64,000 nucleotides of DNA, from NCBI RefSeq assembly GCF_016026235.1, contig NZ_CP065613.1; one strand, 5' to 3'. The notes below the pieces were generated by a model, which made no database searches, was not told where the DNA came from, and was given only the letters and a program-made list of their open reading frames with translations. Numbering within the stretch: position 1 is the first letter of the stretch; each line of letters begins with the position of its first letter. Shown piece after piece: positions 11,006 through 22,299 of the stretch. The position numbers and the translations under genes were made by a program. Source of the stretch: Escherichia coli. Its GTDB lineage: Bacteria; Pseudomonadota; Gammaproteobacteria; Enterobacterales; Enterobacteriaceae.

Positions 11006-11791
11006 TTAAATCTCTACGTCGCGGTTGCAATCTTTCGAGTAAATATAGCTGAACGCTTCACCACGCCCTACGCCATAACCAGCCTGTAAAGAATAAGCGC
11101 CCATAAAGATGTAATCGCCTTTTTTCACCGGGATCCAGTTATTGTCGAGGTTATAAACCCCCTGACCGGAAAGAATATAGGCACCGTGTTCCTGAACGTG
11201 TGTTTCGATATAACCATGGCTGGCACTTGGTGCAAAAGAGAGGATATGCATGTTCATATCAAAACCTAACTCTTTGGGCAGAAAATCCAGCAGGATCACA
11301 TCATCCATACCTTCATAGTGAATGCGTTCCAGTTCGCTGGCATTGCCAGAAACCAGCCACGGTGCATGGCCTTCTACCGGAACATAGCGGCGCTTATATA
11401 AAAAGATTTGGCTGTCTTCGGACTGGGCGTTAACAAACGTCATTAAGGAGCCTGGCGGGCAATAAAGATAGCCACCTTCGCTTAAGGCAAATGTTTTGCC
11501 TTCGGCTTTGGCAGTGATATTTCCAGAGATCACATACAGGAACGTTTCAATGCCTTCGCCACCGAAGCCCTGTTGGTTGCCACCGTTTTGATGCAGTGTG
11601 ACCAGATAATCAACAAAAGAGGCACCCAGCTTTGGCGTGGAGAGGATTGTCGCGTCACAATTTTCAAAGCCCGGAATAATATTTTTTACCAGACCGTCTG
11701 GTGTTAACAGTGCGAAATTACCGTGTTTCACAATCGCACGGTTAGCCAGTAAATCATCGCGGTAACCGGTGACGTTATTTAAATATCCCAT
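11006..11791 (-). CDS. allE: (S)-ureidoglycine aminohydrolase (cupin)
   Basis: 261-aa ORF, last gene of the allD-allC-allE operon by synteny (K-12 ylbA). Confidence 0.88.
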   Translation of the reverse strand: MGYLNNVTGYRDDLLANRAIVKHGNFALLTPDGLVKNIIPGFENCDATILSTPKLGASFVDYLVTLHQNGGNQQGFGGEGIETFLYVISGNITAKAEGKTFALSEGGYLYCPPGSLMTFVNAQSEDSQIFLYKRRYVPVEGHAPWLVSGNASELERIHYEGMDDVILLDFLPKELGFDMNMHILSFAPSASHGYIETHVQEHGAYILSGQGVYNLDNNWIPVKKGDYIFMGAYSLQAGYGVGRGEAFSYIYSKDCNRDVEI

Positions 11792-11801
11792 TTATGACTC
11801 C

Positions 11802-13037
11802 TTATTTCTGCCAGGCAAGTTGATAAAGCATGAGTGCCAACGTTTTGACCCCTTCGGCAAGGTCGGTAATATTGGTGCGTTCCGCCGGGTTATGGCTGAT
11901 CCCGTTGATGCTGGGGATAAAAATCATGCAGGTTGGTACGCGAGGCGCGAAAATTTGCGCGTCGTGCCCGGCACCACTGTGCATCACCCGGTAATTCAGT
12001 TTTTCACTTTCACACAATTCTGTCAGGGTGGCGACCAGGTCCTTATTCATCGGCACGGGTTCTTCGTCCATCCATAAATCGATATCAATACCAATGTCCA
12101 TTTCATCGCAAATCGCCCGCATGTCGTTTTCTAACTGTTGGGTGAAATCATGCAGCACGGCGGCGTCGGTATGACGACAATCAATGGTGAACGTGGTTTT
12201 ACCCGGCACCACATTCACCGTATTCGGGCGCGGCTCTACTTTCCCAAAGGTCAGAACCAGCGGATCGCCCATCTTTTTCGCTTTTTCGATCGATTGATGG
12301 CAAATGCGACTGAAAGCGTAAACCGTATCACGACGATAACCCATCGGCGTGGTGCCTGCATGGTTTGATTCGCCGTTCAGCGTCACCGTATAGCGACGTT
12401 GCCCGACAATTGCATTCACCACGCCAATTGATTGCCCATTACTTTCCAGCACACAGCCCTGTTCGATATGCAGTTCGACAAAGGCTTTAATATCCTGACG
12501 CGGAGTTAGCGGGGCGTCCGGCAGAGTAAATCCGCAAGCCTTCATCGCATCGACAAAACTATTTCCTTTGGCATCACAGATATTCCGCACGTCGTCAGGA
12601 TTCGCCAGTCCAAAGATATTTTTACTGCCCCAGAAAACATACGGGAAGCGGCTGCCTTCTTCTTCCGCCATCGCCACCACTTCAACCGTACGCAGCGGTG
12701 CGCCGTATTGAGTTTTCAGCCAGTCAATTGCCAGCCACGCCGCCAGCGCGCCGAATTGCCCGTCGAGGTTACCGCCGTTAACCACGGTATCGATATGCGA
12801 ACCGCTCAGAACCACTTCCTGTGGATATTCGGTGCCATTCAGGCGACCGTATAAATTCCCCACTTCATCGAAACGTGTTTCCAGCCCGCTTGCTGCCATT
12901 CTTTTTTTAAATTGCTGCTGGGTTTCCAGCCATTCCGGCGAATAAAGTAAACGGGTCATCCCACCCGTTGGGTCAGCGCCAAATGAGGAAAGCCAGGGCA
13001 GCGCTTCTTCTATGGCTTGACGAAAATGTGTAATCAT
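11802..13037 (-). CDS. allC: Allantoate amidohydrolase (M20 peptidase family)
   Basis: 411 aa from MITHFRQAIEE (track ORF extends 6 codons upstream to 13055); synteny. Confidence 0.9.
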   Translation of the reverse strand: MITHFRQAIEEALPWLSSFGADPTGGMTRLLYSPEWLETQQQFKKRMAASGLETRFDEVGNLYGRLNGTEYPQEVVLSGSHIDTVVNGGNLDGQFGALAAWLAIDWLKTQYGAPLRTVEVVAMAEEEGSRFPYVFWGSKNIFGLANPDDVRNICDAKGNSFVDAMKACGFTLPDAPLTPRQDIKAFVELHIEQGCVLESNGQSIGVVNAIVGQRRYTVTLNGESNHAGTTPMGYRRDTVYAFSRICHQSIEKAKKMGDPLVLTFGKVEPRPNTVNVVPGKTTFTIDCRHTDAAVLHDFTQQLENDMRAICDEMDIGIDIDLWMDEEPVPMNKDLVATLTELCESEKLNYRVMHSGAGHDAQIFAPRVPTCMIFIPSINGISHNPAERTNITDLAEGVKTLALMLYQLAWQK

Positions 13038-13058
13038 AAGAAAGTCCTGTCTCAATAA

Positions 13059-14108
13059 TTATTGCGCAAAGGGATTTTTCGTTTCGTATGACGTGTTATA
13101 AAGCGCGTCGGAAATTAAATACTGGTAAATATCATCAACAATTTCGATGCCTTCGACGGCGGCTTTGCGTTGTTTAATATCCTGATCCTGTCCGGGATAA
13201 TAAACCTGATTAAAACCGGGCGCGGGGGTAATGGCATTTAATTCGCGCATGGTCTGGCTAAGATGTTGACGGAATAATTCGCTGGAGGAGAAAAAGTTCG
13301 GGTTAATAACTACATGTAATTGCCCCAAATTACGCCCGGCGTGTAAATCGTCATACATCGAACTAACCTGTCGCCCGAACGGTAAGCCGAGTAAGACGCC
13401 TGAGAGGACGTCAATCATCATCATCAGGCCATACCCTTTCGGCCCGGCTGCGGGGAGCAGAGCATGTACCGCGAACGGATCGGTTGTTGGTGCACCGTTT
13501 TTATCGACCGCCCAGGTATCCGGGATAGACATATTACGCGAGCGGGCGTCGAGCACTTTTCCCCATGCCTGTACGGTAGTCGCCATATCAAAGGTAAGGA
13601 TCTCGTCGCCTTCTCCCGGCGCGGCAAAGGCCAGTGGGTTAGTACCGTAGTAAATTTCCGCGCCGCCAAACGGCACCACCATTGGATCGGACTGGCACAT
13701 CGAAATGCCAATTAATCCGGCGCGGGCTGCCTGCTGCACAAAATAAGAGATTGCGCCGCTGTGACCCATCCGGCTGATACCGACCACCGCAACGCCATTT
13801 TGCTGGGCGGTTTCGATGGCATGTTCCATACCCATTTTCGCCGCGACCTGTCCGGCGGCATTGTCGGCATGTAAAATTGCCGAGCACGGCCCGGTTTCCT
13901 CAAGACGAAACTCCGGTTCGCGGTTGGTGCCGCCTTTTGAAATGCGTTCCGCGTAGTATTCCACGCGCACCGCGCCATGAGAGTGGATCCCTCTGGCATC
14001 GGCGTAAACCAATACTTCAGCCACGGTTGCAGCGTGCTCACGTTTTAACCCAGCCTGGCAGAGTTTATTCTCAATTAGCTGGTGGAGTGTTTCCCGACTG
14101 ATTTTCAT
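13059..14108 (-). CDS. allD: Ureidoglycolate dehydrogenase
   Basis: 349-aa ORF, Ldh_2 (malate/L-lactate dehydrogenase-like) family; synteny. Confidence 0.9.
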   Translation of the reverse strand: MKISRETLHQLIENKLCQAGLKREHAATVAEVLVYADARGIHSHGAVRVEYYAERISKGGTNREPEFRLEETGPCSAILHADNAAGQVAAKMGMEHAIETAQQNGVAVVGISRMGHSGAISYFVQQAARAGLIGISMCQSDPMVVPFGGAEIYYGTNPLAFAAPGEGDEILTFDMATTVQAWGKVLDARSRNMSIPDTWAVDKNGAPTTDPFAVHALLPAAGPKGYGLMMMIDVLSGVLLGLPFGRQVSSMYDDLHAGRNLGQLHVVINPNFFSSSELFRQHLSQTMRELNAITPAPGFNQVYYPGQDQDIKQRKAAVEGIEIVDDIYQYLISDALYNTSYETKNPFAQ

Positions 14109-14424
14109 CTGTCTTCCTTTTTAACGACGGTGTGAAGCATGACTGCAATTAACATACAGGGAAAATATCTGGATTATGTGATCCAGACAGGCAAAAAAAT
14201 ATAGTTAGAATTTATTTGATAATCTTCGCGCTTTTAACCTGGTTTTTAAAACAACCATGCTTATTAAAAAATAACGCGTAATAGTCTGGCGGTTATTTGA
14301 ATTCTTTTGTTAATAATCCCTGTGTGATATTCATCACCTTATTTACCCGTTGTCATCGATACCGTAATCGCCACATTAACACTGCTCGTGCAATTGCCAT
14401 GGGTGCAATTTTTAAGGAGTTGTT

Positions 14425-16092
14425 ATGATCCACGCCTTTATTAAAAAAGGGTGTTTTCAGGATTCGGTCAGTTTAATGATTATTTCACGAAAACTCAGCG
14501 AATCAGAAAATGTTGATGATGTTTCCGTAATGATGGGTACGCCCGCCAATAAAGCGTTATTAGATACCACAGGTTTCTGGCATGACGATTTTAATAACGC
14601 CACGCCGAACGATATTTGCGTGGCAATTCGTAGCGAAGCGGCGGATGTGGGGATCGCGCAGGCGATTATGCAGCAGCTTGAAGAGGCGCTAAAACAACTG
14701 GCGCAGGGGTCAGGCAGCAGCCAGTCCTTGACGCAGGTGCGTCGCTGGGACAGTGTCTGTCAGAAATTACCCGATGCCAATCTGGCGCTGATTTCAGTGG
14801 CTGGCGAGTATGCGGCGGAGCTGGCGAATCAGGCGCTGGATCGCAACCTCAACGTGATGATGTTCTCCGATAACGTCACGCTGAAAGATGAAATCCAACT
14901 TAAAACCCGCGCGCGAGAAAAAGGCTTGCTGGTGATGGGGCCGGACTGCGGTACGTCGATGATTGCCGGCACGCCGCTGGCTTTTGCTAACGTGATGCCG
15001 GAAGGCAATATTGGCGTCATTGGCGCTTCCGGTACCGGGATTCAGGAGCTGTGCTCGCAGATTGCGCTGGCAGGGGAGGGAATTACTCACGCGATTGGCC
15101 TTGGCGGCCGCGACCTCAGCCGTGAAGTGGGCGGCATCAGTGCGCTAACAGCGCTGGAAATGCTCAGTGCAGACGAGAAAAGCGAAGTGCTGGCATTTGT
15201 TTCAAAACCACCTGCCGATGCTGTGCGTCTGAAAATTGTTAATGCCATGAAAGCAACCGGCAAACCGACGGTGGCGCTGTTTTTAGGTTATACCCCGGCG
15301 GTGGCCCGTGACGAGAATGTCTGGTTTGCCTCCTCGCTGGATGAGGCCGCACGCCTGGCTTGCCTGCTTTCACGCGTTACGGCGCGACGTAACGCGATAA
15401 CGCCAGCCAGCAGCGGATTTATTTGCGGTTTGTATACCGGCGGTACGCTGGCTGCCGAAGCGGCGGGATTACTTGCCGGACACCTTGGCGTGGAAGCCGA
15501 TGATGCCCATCATCACGGCATGATGCTCGACGCCGATGGTCACCAGATTATTGACCTCGGCGATGATTTCTACACAGTCGGGCGTCCCCATCCGATGATC
15601 GACCCAACCTTACGCAACCAGTTAATTGCCGATCTCGGCGCTAAACCGCAAGTGCGTGTGCTGCTGCTTGATGTCGTGATTGGCTTCGGTGCGACTGCCG
15701 ATCCTGCCGCCTCGCTGGTAAGCGCCTGGCAAAAAGCCTGTGCTGCGCGTTCAGACAATCAACCACTGTATGCCATTGCCACGGTGACAGGCACTGAACG
15801 TGACCCGCAATGCCGCTCGCAGCAAATCGCCACGCTGGAAGATGCGGGGATTGCGGTCGTGAGTTCGCTACCGGAAGCCACCTTGCTGGCGGCAGCGTTA
15901 ATTCATCCGCTCTCACCTGCCGCACAGCAACACACACCGTCATTACTGGAAAACGTCGCCGTGATTAACATCGGATTACGCAGTTTTGCGCTGGAGCTAC
16001 AAAGCGCCAGCAAACCGGTTGTGCATTACCAATGGTCGCCAGTCGCCGGCGGCAATAAAAAACTGGCTCGTTTATTAGAACGTTTGCAATAA
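14425..16092 (+). CDS. fdrA: FdrA (acyl-CoA synthetase/succinyl-CoA ligase alpha-like); proposed oxamate carbamoyltransferase component
   Basis: 555-aa ORF with CoA-binding Rossmann-like region; synteny after allD. Confidence 0.85.
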   Translation: MIHAFIKKGCFQDSVSLMIISRKLSESENVDDVSVMMGTPANKALLDTTGFWHDDFNNATPNDICVAIRSEAADVGIAQAIMQQLEEALKQLAQGSGSSQSLTQVRRWDSVCQKLPDANLALISVAGEYAAELANQALDRNLNVMMFSDNVTLKDEIQLKTRAREKGLLVMGPDCGTSMIAGTPLAFANVMPEGNIGVIGASGTGIQELCSQIALAGEGITHAIGLGGRDLSREVGGISALTALEMLSADEKSEVLAFVSKPPADAVRLKIVNAMKATGKPTVALFLGYTPAVARDENVWFASSLDEAARLACLLSRVTARRNAITPASSGFICGLYTGGTLAAEAAGLLAGHLGVEADDAHHHGMMLDADGHQIIDLGDDFYTVGRPHPMIDPTLRNQLIADLGAKPQVRVLLLDVVIGFGATADPAASLVSAWQKACAARSDNQPLYAIATVTGTERDPQCRSQQIATLEDAGIAVVSSLPEATLLAAALIHPLSPAAQQHTPSLLENVAVINIGLRSFALELQSASKPVVHYQWSPVAGGNKKLARLLERLQ

Positions 16093-16101
16093 GGGGTTCC
16101 C

Positions 16102-17361
16102 ATGTTTACATCAGTGGCGCAAGCCAATGCTGCGGTTATCGAACAAATTCGTCGCGCTCGTCCACACTGGCTGGATGTGCAACTGGCTTCTTCACTTATC
16201 AGCGAACTACACCCGGGCAAAACACTGCTTCACGCCGGGCCGCCAATGCGCTGGCAGGAGATGACCGGACCCATGAAAGGGGCGTGCGTGGGCGCATGTC
16301 TGTTCGAAGGTTGGGCGAAAGATGAAGCGCAGGCGCTGGCAATACTGGAGCAGGGGGAAGTGAACTTCATTCCTTGTCACCATGTGAATGCCGTCGGGCC
16401 AATGGGCGGTATTACTTCTGCCAGTATGCCGATGCTGGTGGTCGAGAACGTGACCGACGGCAACCGGGCGTACTGCAACCTCAACGAAGGTATCGGCAAA
16501 GTGATGCGTTTTGGCGCTTACGGCGAAGATGTCCTGACTCGCCATCGCTGGATGCGCGATGTGTTAATGCCAGTATTAAGCGCGGCGCTGGGGCGCATGG
16601 AGCACGGTATCGATCTCACGGCGATGATGGCGCAGGGCATTACCATGGGCGATGAGTTCCATCAACGCAATATTGCTTCCTCAGCACTGTTAATGCGTGC
16701 GCTGGCCCCACAAATTGCTCGCCTCGATCATGATAAACAGCACATCGCGGAAGTGATGGATTTCCTCAGCGTGACCGATCAGTTCTTCCTCAACCTTGCG
16801 ATGGCTTACTGCAAGGCGGCGATGGATGCTGGCGCGATGATCCGCGCAGGCAGCATCGTCACGGCTATGACCCGCAACGGCAATATGTTCGGGATTCGGG
16901 TAAGCGGGCTGGGCGATCGCTGGTTTACTGCGCCTGTAAACACTCCGCAAGGTCTGTTTTTCACCGGCTTCTCGCAGGAGCAGGCGAACCCGGATATGGG
17001 CGATAGCGCGATTACCGAAACCTTTGGTATCGGAGGTGCGGCAATGATCGCAGCGCCTGGCGTAACGCGCTTTGTCGGTGCGGGTGGCATGGAAGCCGCC
17101 AGAACGGTATCTGAAGAGATGGCGGAAATTTACCTTGAACGCAATATGCAGTTGCAGATCCCTGGCTGGGATTTCCAGGGCGCGTGCCTGGGGCTGGACA
17201 TTCGTCGCGTGGTAGAAACCGGCATTACGCCACTCATCAATACCGGTATCGCCCATAAAGAGGCGGGGATCGGGCAGATTGGCGCAGGCACCGTGCGGGC
17301 ACCGCTGGCGTGTTTTGAACAGGCCCTGGAAGCACTGGCTGAAAGTATGGGGATTGGTTGA
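16102..17361 (+). CDS. ylbE: DUF1116 protein YlbE, intact
   Basis: Uninterrupted 419-aa ORF starting 10 nt after the fdrA stop; synteny. Confidence 0.85.
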   Translation: MFTSVAQANAAVIEQIRRARPHWLDVQLASSLISELHPGKTLLHAGPPMRWQEMTGPMKGACVGACLFEGWAKDEAQALAILEQGEVNFIPCHHVNAVGPMGGITSASMPMLVVENVTDGNRAYCNLNEGIGKVMRFGAYGEDVLTRHRWMRDVLMPVLSAALGRMEHGIDLTAMMAQGITMGDEFHQRNIASSALLMRALAPQIARLDHDKQHIAEVMDFLSVTDQFFLNLAMAYCKAAMDAGAMIRAGSIVTAMTRNGNMFGIRVSGLGDRWFTAPVNTPQGLFFTGFSQEQANPDMGDSAITETFGIGGAAMIAAPGVTRFVGAGGMEAARTVSEEMAEIYLERNMQLQIPGWDFQGACLGLDIRRVVETGITPLINTGIAHKEAGIGQIGAGTVRAPLACFEQALEALAESMGIG

Positions 17362-17371
17362 GGAACGCACA

Positions 17372-18187
17372 ATGACGATCATCCATCCTCTGCTTGCCAG
17401 TAGTAGCGCACCGAATTATCGCCAGTTCTGGCGGTTAGCGGGAGTGTGGCGGCGGGCGATTAACCTGATGACGGAAAGCGGCGAACTGTTAACGCTGCAT
17501 CGTCAGGGTAGTGGTTTCGGCCCCGGAGGATGGGTGCTTCGCCGCGCGCAATTCGATGCGTTATGCGGTGGATTATGCGGCAATGAACGACCACAGGTTG
17601 TGGCTCAAGGGATTCGCCTCGGACGTTTCACGGTTAAACAGCCACAGCGTTATTGTTTGCTGCGTATTACGCCGCCTGCGCATCCTCAACCGCTTGCAGC
17701 TGCATGGATGCAACGCGCGGAGGAAACCGGGCTTTTCGGGCCACTGGCGTTGGCGGCAAGCGATCCGCTGCCCGCTGAATTACGCCAGTTTCGTCACTGT
17801 TTTCAGGCCGCGCTCAATGGCGTTAAGACCGACTGGCGGCACTGGCTGGGTAAAGGCCCCGGATTAACGCCAAGTCATGATGACACGCTGAGCGGAATGC
17901 TGCTGGCGGCCTGGTATTATGGTGCTTTAGATGCGCACTCCGGTCGTCCGTTTTTTGCCTGTTCCGACAATCTTCAACTCGTTACCACAGCGGTGAGCGT
18001 CAGTTATTTACGTTATGCCGCGCAAGGATATTTCGCCTCGCCACTCCTGCATTTTGCTCATGCTCTGAGTTGCCCGAAACGTACCGCTGTTGCGATTGAT
18101 TCGCTGCTGGCGCTGGGGCATACGTCAGGGGCAGATACGCTGCTGGGGTTCTGGCTTGGTCAACAATTATTACAAGGAAAACCATGA
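17372..18187 (+). CDS. ylbF: DUF2877 protein YlbF
   Basis: 271 aa from [10 protein letters not shown] (track ORF 17279 is an upstream extension overlapping ylbE); synteny. Confidence 0.8.
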   Translation: MTIIHPLLASSSAPNYRQFWRLAGVWRRAINLMTESGELLTLHRQGSGFGPGGWVLRRAQFDALCGGLCGNERPQVVAQGIRLGRFTVKQPQRYCLLRITPPAHPQPLAAAWMQRAEETGLFGPLALAASDPLPAELRQFRHCFQAALNGVKTDWRHWLGKGPGLTPSHDDTLSGMLLAAWYYGALDAHSGRPFFACSDNLQLVTTAVSVSYLRYAAQGYFASPLLHFAHALSCPKRTAVAIDSLLALGHTSGADTLLGFWLGQQLLQGKP

Positions 18188-19077
18188 AAACACTGGTTGT
18201 AGCTCTTGGGGGCAACGCCTTACTCCAGCGCGGTGAGGCGCTGACGGCGGAAAATCAATATCGCAATATCGCCAGTGCTGTCCCCGCGCTGGCGCGCCTG
18301 GCCCGTTCTTATCGGCTGGCGATTGTTCACGGCAACGGGCCGCAGGTGGGGCTGCTGGCATTACAGAATCTGGCGTGGAAAGAGGTAGAACCGTATCCGC
18401 TGGATGTGCTGGTAGCGGAAAGTCAGGGGATGATTGGCTATATGCTGGCGCAGAGTTTGAGCGCACAGCCGCAGATGCCGCCTGTCACGACGGTGCTGAC
18501 GCGCATTGAAGTTTCGCCTGATGATCCGGCGTTTTTGCAGCCAGAGAAGTTTATCGGTCCGGTTTATCAGCCAGAAGAACAAGAGACACTAGAAGCGGCT
18601 TACGGCTGGCAGATGAAACGTGATGGTAAATATTTACGCCGGGTGGTGGCGTCTCCGCAACCGCGTAAAATTCTCGACAGCGAAGCCATCGAGTTGTTGC
18701 TCAAAGAGGGGCATGTGGTGTTTTGCAGTGGCGGCGGCGGTGTGCCTGTGACGGATGACGGAGCAGGGAGTGAAGCAGTGATTGATAAAGATCTCGCCGC
18801 TGCGTTGCTCGCCGAGCAGATTAATGCCGATGGACTGGTGATCCTCACCGATGCTGATGCGGTATATGAAAACTGGGGAACGCCGCAGCAACGTGCCATT
18901 CGCCATGCCACACCGGATGAGTTAGCGCCATTTGCCAAAGCCGATGGTTCGATGGGGCCGAAGGTAACGGCGGTGAGTGGTTATGTCAGAAGCCGTGGTA
19001 AACCCGCGTGGATTGGGGCGTTATCGCGAATTGAAGAGACGCTGGCGGGCGAAGCGGGGACCTGTATTTCGCTGTAG
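18184..19077 (+). CDS. ybcF: Carbamate kinase-like protein (arcC paralogue)
   Basis: 297-aa ORF, amino-acid kinase fold; start overlaps the ylbF stop by 4 nt (ATGA). Confidence 0.88.
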   Translation: MKTLVVALGGNALLQRGEALTAENQYRNIASAVPALARLARSYRLAIVHGNGPQVGLLALQNLAWKEVEPYPLDVLVAESQGMIGYMLAQSLSAQPQMPPVTTVLTRIEVSPDDPAFLQPEKFIGPVYQPEEQETLEAAYGWQMKRDGKYLRRVVASPQPRKILDSEAIELLLKEGHVVFCSGGGGVPVTDDGAGSEAVIDKDLAAALLAEQINADGLVILTDADAVYENWGTPQQRAIRHATPDELAPFAKADGSMGPKVTAVSGYVRSRGKPAWIGALSRIEETLAGEAGTCISL

Positions 19078-19107
19078 TGATGAGAGCATCCGGCAATCGG
19101 CGCACCA

Positions 19108-19198
19108 TGCCTGATGCGACGCTTGACGCGTCTTATCAGGCCTACAATGGGTACCGGATCGGTGTAGGCCGGATAAGGCGTTCACGCCGCATCCGGCA
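19108..19198. repeat. REP/BIME palindromic repeats
   Basis: gcctgatgcgacgct…gcgtcttatcaggcctaca and gtaggccggataaggcgttcacgccgcatccggca units between convergent ybcF and purK. Confidence 0.8.
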
Positions 19199-19215
19199 AT
19201 CAAATGAGCACCAGG

Positions 19216-20283
19216 TTAACTGAACTTACTCTGTGCCCACATCACGCCGCTGGCATACTCCGGCGGCAGCAGCGGGATTAAGGCTTCCAGCGTCGCGGAC
19301 AGACGCGATGTGTCGCTGTCGGTCAAATTCAGATGCCCCACTTTACGGCCCGGACGGACTTCTTTGTCGTACCAGTGCAGATGCACCAGCGGCAGTTTCA
19401 GCCAGTCATAATTCACATCGCTACCAATCAGATTGATCATCACCGACGGATTATTCACCACTGGTTGCGGTAACGGCAGATCGGTAATCGCCCGCAGATG
19501 TAGCTCAAACTGGCTGATGCTGGCACCGTTTTGTGTCCAGTGACCGCTGTTATGCACACGCGGTGCCAGTTCGTTGATCAACAGACCTTGCGGGGTGACA
19601 AAACACTCCATTGCCATCACGCCTACATAGCCCAGCTCCTGCATAATCGCCGAAAGCATCTCTTCGGCTTGCGCTTGCTGCTGCGCATTGGCCTGCGGGA
19701 AAGCGACGCTGGTGCGCAAAATACCGTCCTGATGCAGGTTATGCGTCAGCGGATAAAACACGGTGCTGCCATCAAAGCCGCGCGCGCCAACCAGCGACAC
19801 TTCACCAGAGAAGTTTATGCCCTGCTCGACAATACATTCGCCGTAGCATTCAGCCGGTAACTGTTCGGTTTCATCGGCGCGTAAACGCCATTGACCGCGT
19901 CCGTCATAGCCACCAGTGCGACGCTTAACAATCGCCAGCTCACCTAAACGATCAAACACCGCAGGCCACTCGCTGCGTTCGGCAAGTAACTGCCACGGTG
20001 CAGTCGGCAGGTGGAGCTTATCGAAAAGCTGCTTCTGAGTCAGACGGTCAGCAATAATCGGGAACACATCGCGGTTCACAAAGGCCGGATGGCGCGCCAG
20101 CTCGCGGGTTAATGCGGTTTCCGGCCAGCGTTCGATCTCAGCGGTAATCACGCTTTGTTGAAAAGGCACCGCCGCCGGTTCAGCGTCCAGCCCGACCGGC
20201 CAGACAGCAATGCCTAACGGTTCGCCGGCCTGGCGCAACATACGGCCTAACTGCCCGTTCCCGAGGACGCAAACCTGTTTCAT
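19216..20283 (-). CDS. purK: N5-carboxyaminoimidazole ribonucleotide synthase
   Basis: 355-aa ATP-grasp ORF; start overlaps the purE stop. Confidence 0.93.
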   Translation of the reverse strand: MKQVCVLGNGQLGRMLRQAGEPLGIAVWPVGLDAEPAAVPFQQSVITAEIERWPETALTRELARHPAFVNRDVFPIIADRLTQKQLFDKLHLPTAPWQLLAERSEWPAVFDRLGELAIVKRRTGGYDGRGQWRLRADETEQLPAECYGECIVEQGINFSGEVSLVGARGFDGSTVFYPLTHNLHQDGILRTSVAFPQANAQQQAQAEEMLSAIMQELGYVGVMAMECFVTPQGLLINELAPRVHNSGHWTQNGASISQFELHLRAITDLPLPQPVVNNPSVMINLIGSDVNYDWLKLPLVHLHWYDKEVRPGRKVGHLNLTDSDTSRLSATLEALIPLLPPEYASGVMWAQSKFS

Positions 20284-20789
20284 GCCGCACCTCGCGGGTC
20301 CGGGTTTTCCAGCACTTCGTCGGTCTGGGCTTTGCGCCAGTCATTCAGACGCTGGTGCAGTTCTTTATCATGAGTCGCAAGAATTTGTGCTGCCAGTAAC
20401 GCCGCGTTTGCCGCGCCAGCTTTACCAATCGCCAGCGTACCCACCGGAATGCCACGCGGCATTTGTACGATAGAGTAGAGGCTATCGACACCGCTCAGTG
20501 CGGCGCTCTGTACTGGCACGCCCAGCACTGGCACCAGCGTTTTGGCGGCAATCATGCCTGGCAGGTGCGCTGCGCCGCCTGCGCCCGCAATAATCACCTG
20601 ATAACCGTTCTCTTCGGCGCTTTCGGCGAAGCTGAACAGTTTATCGGGGGTGCGGTGAGCAGAAACCACTTCAACGTGGTGCGGGACATTCAGGATTTCG
20701 AAGATTTCGGCGGCGAACTGCATGGTAGCCCAGTCGCTTTTGGACCCCATCACGATGGCGACACGCGCCGGATTATTGCGGGAAGACAT
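20280..20789 (-). CDS. purE: N5-CAIR mutase
   Basis: 169 aa from [16 protein letters not shown] (track ORF is extended upstream to 20816). Confidence 0.93.
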   Translation of the reverse strand: MSSRNNPARVAIVMGSKSDWATMQFAAEIFEILNVPHHVEVVSAHRTPDKLFSFAESAEENGYQVIIAGAGGAAHLPGMIAAKTLVPVLGVPVQSAALSGVDSLYSIVQMPRGIPVGTLAIGKAGAANAALLAAQILATHDKELHQRLNDWRKAQTDEVLENPDPRGAA

Positions 20790-20906
20790 GCGTCTTAAAA
20801 CTCCTGTGGTGCACAACTCTCGGCTTTAGAGGGCACAGAGAATAGCACGGAAAGAGAGCAAGGAAAACGGTTGCGTGGCTGTGAAATCAGCAAAGTTGCG
20901 GGTTTT

Positions 20907-21629
20907 TTAAAACGGAAAATGAATTAGCTCAACGTCATCCGCCGTGACTTTCACCATCGAACCTTCCGTATGCCAGGCACCCAGTACCACGCGAAAAGCA
21001 GGTTGCTGATTGGCGATAAGTTCATGCACCGCCGGGCGATGGGTATGCCCGTGGATCAGCCATTGCACCTGATGTTTTTCCATCGCACTGACTACCGCGT
21101 TTTGGTTAACGTCCATGATCGCCAGCGATTTACTGCTGTTGGCTTCTTTACTGTTCGCGCGCATTCGCGCGGCAATGCGTTTGCGCATAAACAACGGCAG
21201 AGCGAGGAATAGCGTTTGCAGCCAGGGTTTGTGGACTTTGGTGCGAAAAGCCTGATAACCCGCGTCATCGGTGCACAGCGTGTCGCCATGCATAATCAAC
21301 ACCCGACGACCATAAAGTTCGAGCACCTTTTCTTCCGGCAATAACGTCATGCCGCTTTCACGGGCAAAGCGTTTGCCGAGCAGAAAATCACGGTTGCCAT
21401 GAATGAAATAACAGGGAACGCCGGAATCGGACACCGCTTTGATCGCTGCCGCCATCTGGCGATGGAGTGGGTTGGGATCGTCGTCGCCAATCCACGCTTC
21501 AAACAGATCGCCAAGAATATACAGCGCGTCGGCCTTGCGAGCTTCCCCCGCTAAAAAACGCAGAAAACCGGCGGTGATCGCCGGTTCTTCCACGCAGAGA
21601 TGAAGATCTGCAATAAAGAGTGTCGCCAC
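20907..21629 (-). CDS. lpxH: UDP-2,3-diacylglucosamine hydrolase (lipid A pathway)
   Basis: 240-aa calcineurin-like phosphoesterase ORF (DLHL…GDLFE, GNRD motifs). Confidence 0.92.
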   Translation of the reverse strand: MATLFIADLHLCVEEPAITAGFLRFLAGEARKADALYILGDLFEAWIGDDDPNPLHRQMAAAIKAVSDSGVPCYFIHGNRDFLLGKRFARESGMTLLPEEKVLELYGRRVLIMHGDTLCTDDAGYQAFRTKVHKPWLQTLFLALPLFMRKRIAARMRANSKEANSSKSLAIMDVNQNAVVSAMEKHQVQWLIHGHTHRPAVHELIANQQPAFRVVLGAWHTEGSMVKVTADDVELIHFPF

Positions 21630-21631
21630 GA

Positions 21632-22126
21632 TTACTCGCTAACGGTCACGCTTTCAATGATAACGTCTTCTTTTGGCACGTCCTGGTGCATACCGCTACG
21701 ACCGGTTGCAACACCTTTGATTTTGTCTACCACGTCCATGCCTTCAACCACTTCAGCAAACACGCAGTAGCCCCAACCTTGCAGGCTTTCGCCAGAGAAG
21801 TTCAGGAAGTCGTTATCAACCACGTTGATGAAGAACTGTGCAGTTGCAGAGTGCGGAGCCTGAGTACGGGCCATTGCCAGCGTACCACGGGTATTTTTCA
21901 GGCCGTTGTTGGCTTCGTTTTTGATCGGTTCTTTGGTGGCTTTTTGTTTCATGCCCGGTTCAAAACCGCCGCCCTGAATCATAAAGCCGTTGATAACACG
22001 GTGGAAAATGGTGTTGTTGTAAAAACCTTCGCGGCAGTAGTCCAGGAAGTTTTTAACTGTTTCAGGTGCTTTATCGTCAAAAGTTTTGATGACAATATCG
22101 CCGTGATTGGTGTGGAAAGTAACCAT
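21632..22126 (-). CDS. ppiB: Peptidyl-prolyl cis-trans isomerase B (cyclophilin)
   Basis: 164-aa cyclophilin ORF ([15 protein letters not shown]). Confidence 0.95.
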   Translation of the reverse strand: MVTFHTNHGDIVIKTFDDKAPETVKNFLDYCREGFYNNTIFHRVINGFMIQGGGFEPGMKQKATKEPIKNEANNGLKNTRGTLAMARTQAPHSATAQFFINVVDNDFLNFSGESLQGWGYCVFAEVVEGMDVVDKIKGVATGRSGMHQDVPKEDVIIESVTVSE

Positions 22127-22299
22127 TTTTGCATCCTGTTCCGTTTGATTGGTGCTTCAACCCGGTTCGGGTCATATATAGGGTGGTGTTATAGCATAAC
22201 CGCACGATCGGATCATCACGCAATGTATGCTGATTCGCGCGGGAAATATGGGTATTATACGCAACTCAATTACCCACACATGTATAAACGGAATCTTCG

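Noticed and set aside
16690-17382. 230-aa minus-strand ORF inside ylbE
   Set aside because: Antisense to an intact conserved ORF; no ribosome-binding site or domain signature.
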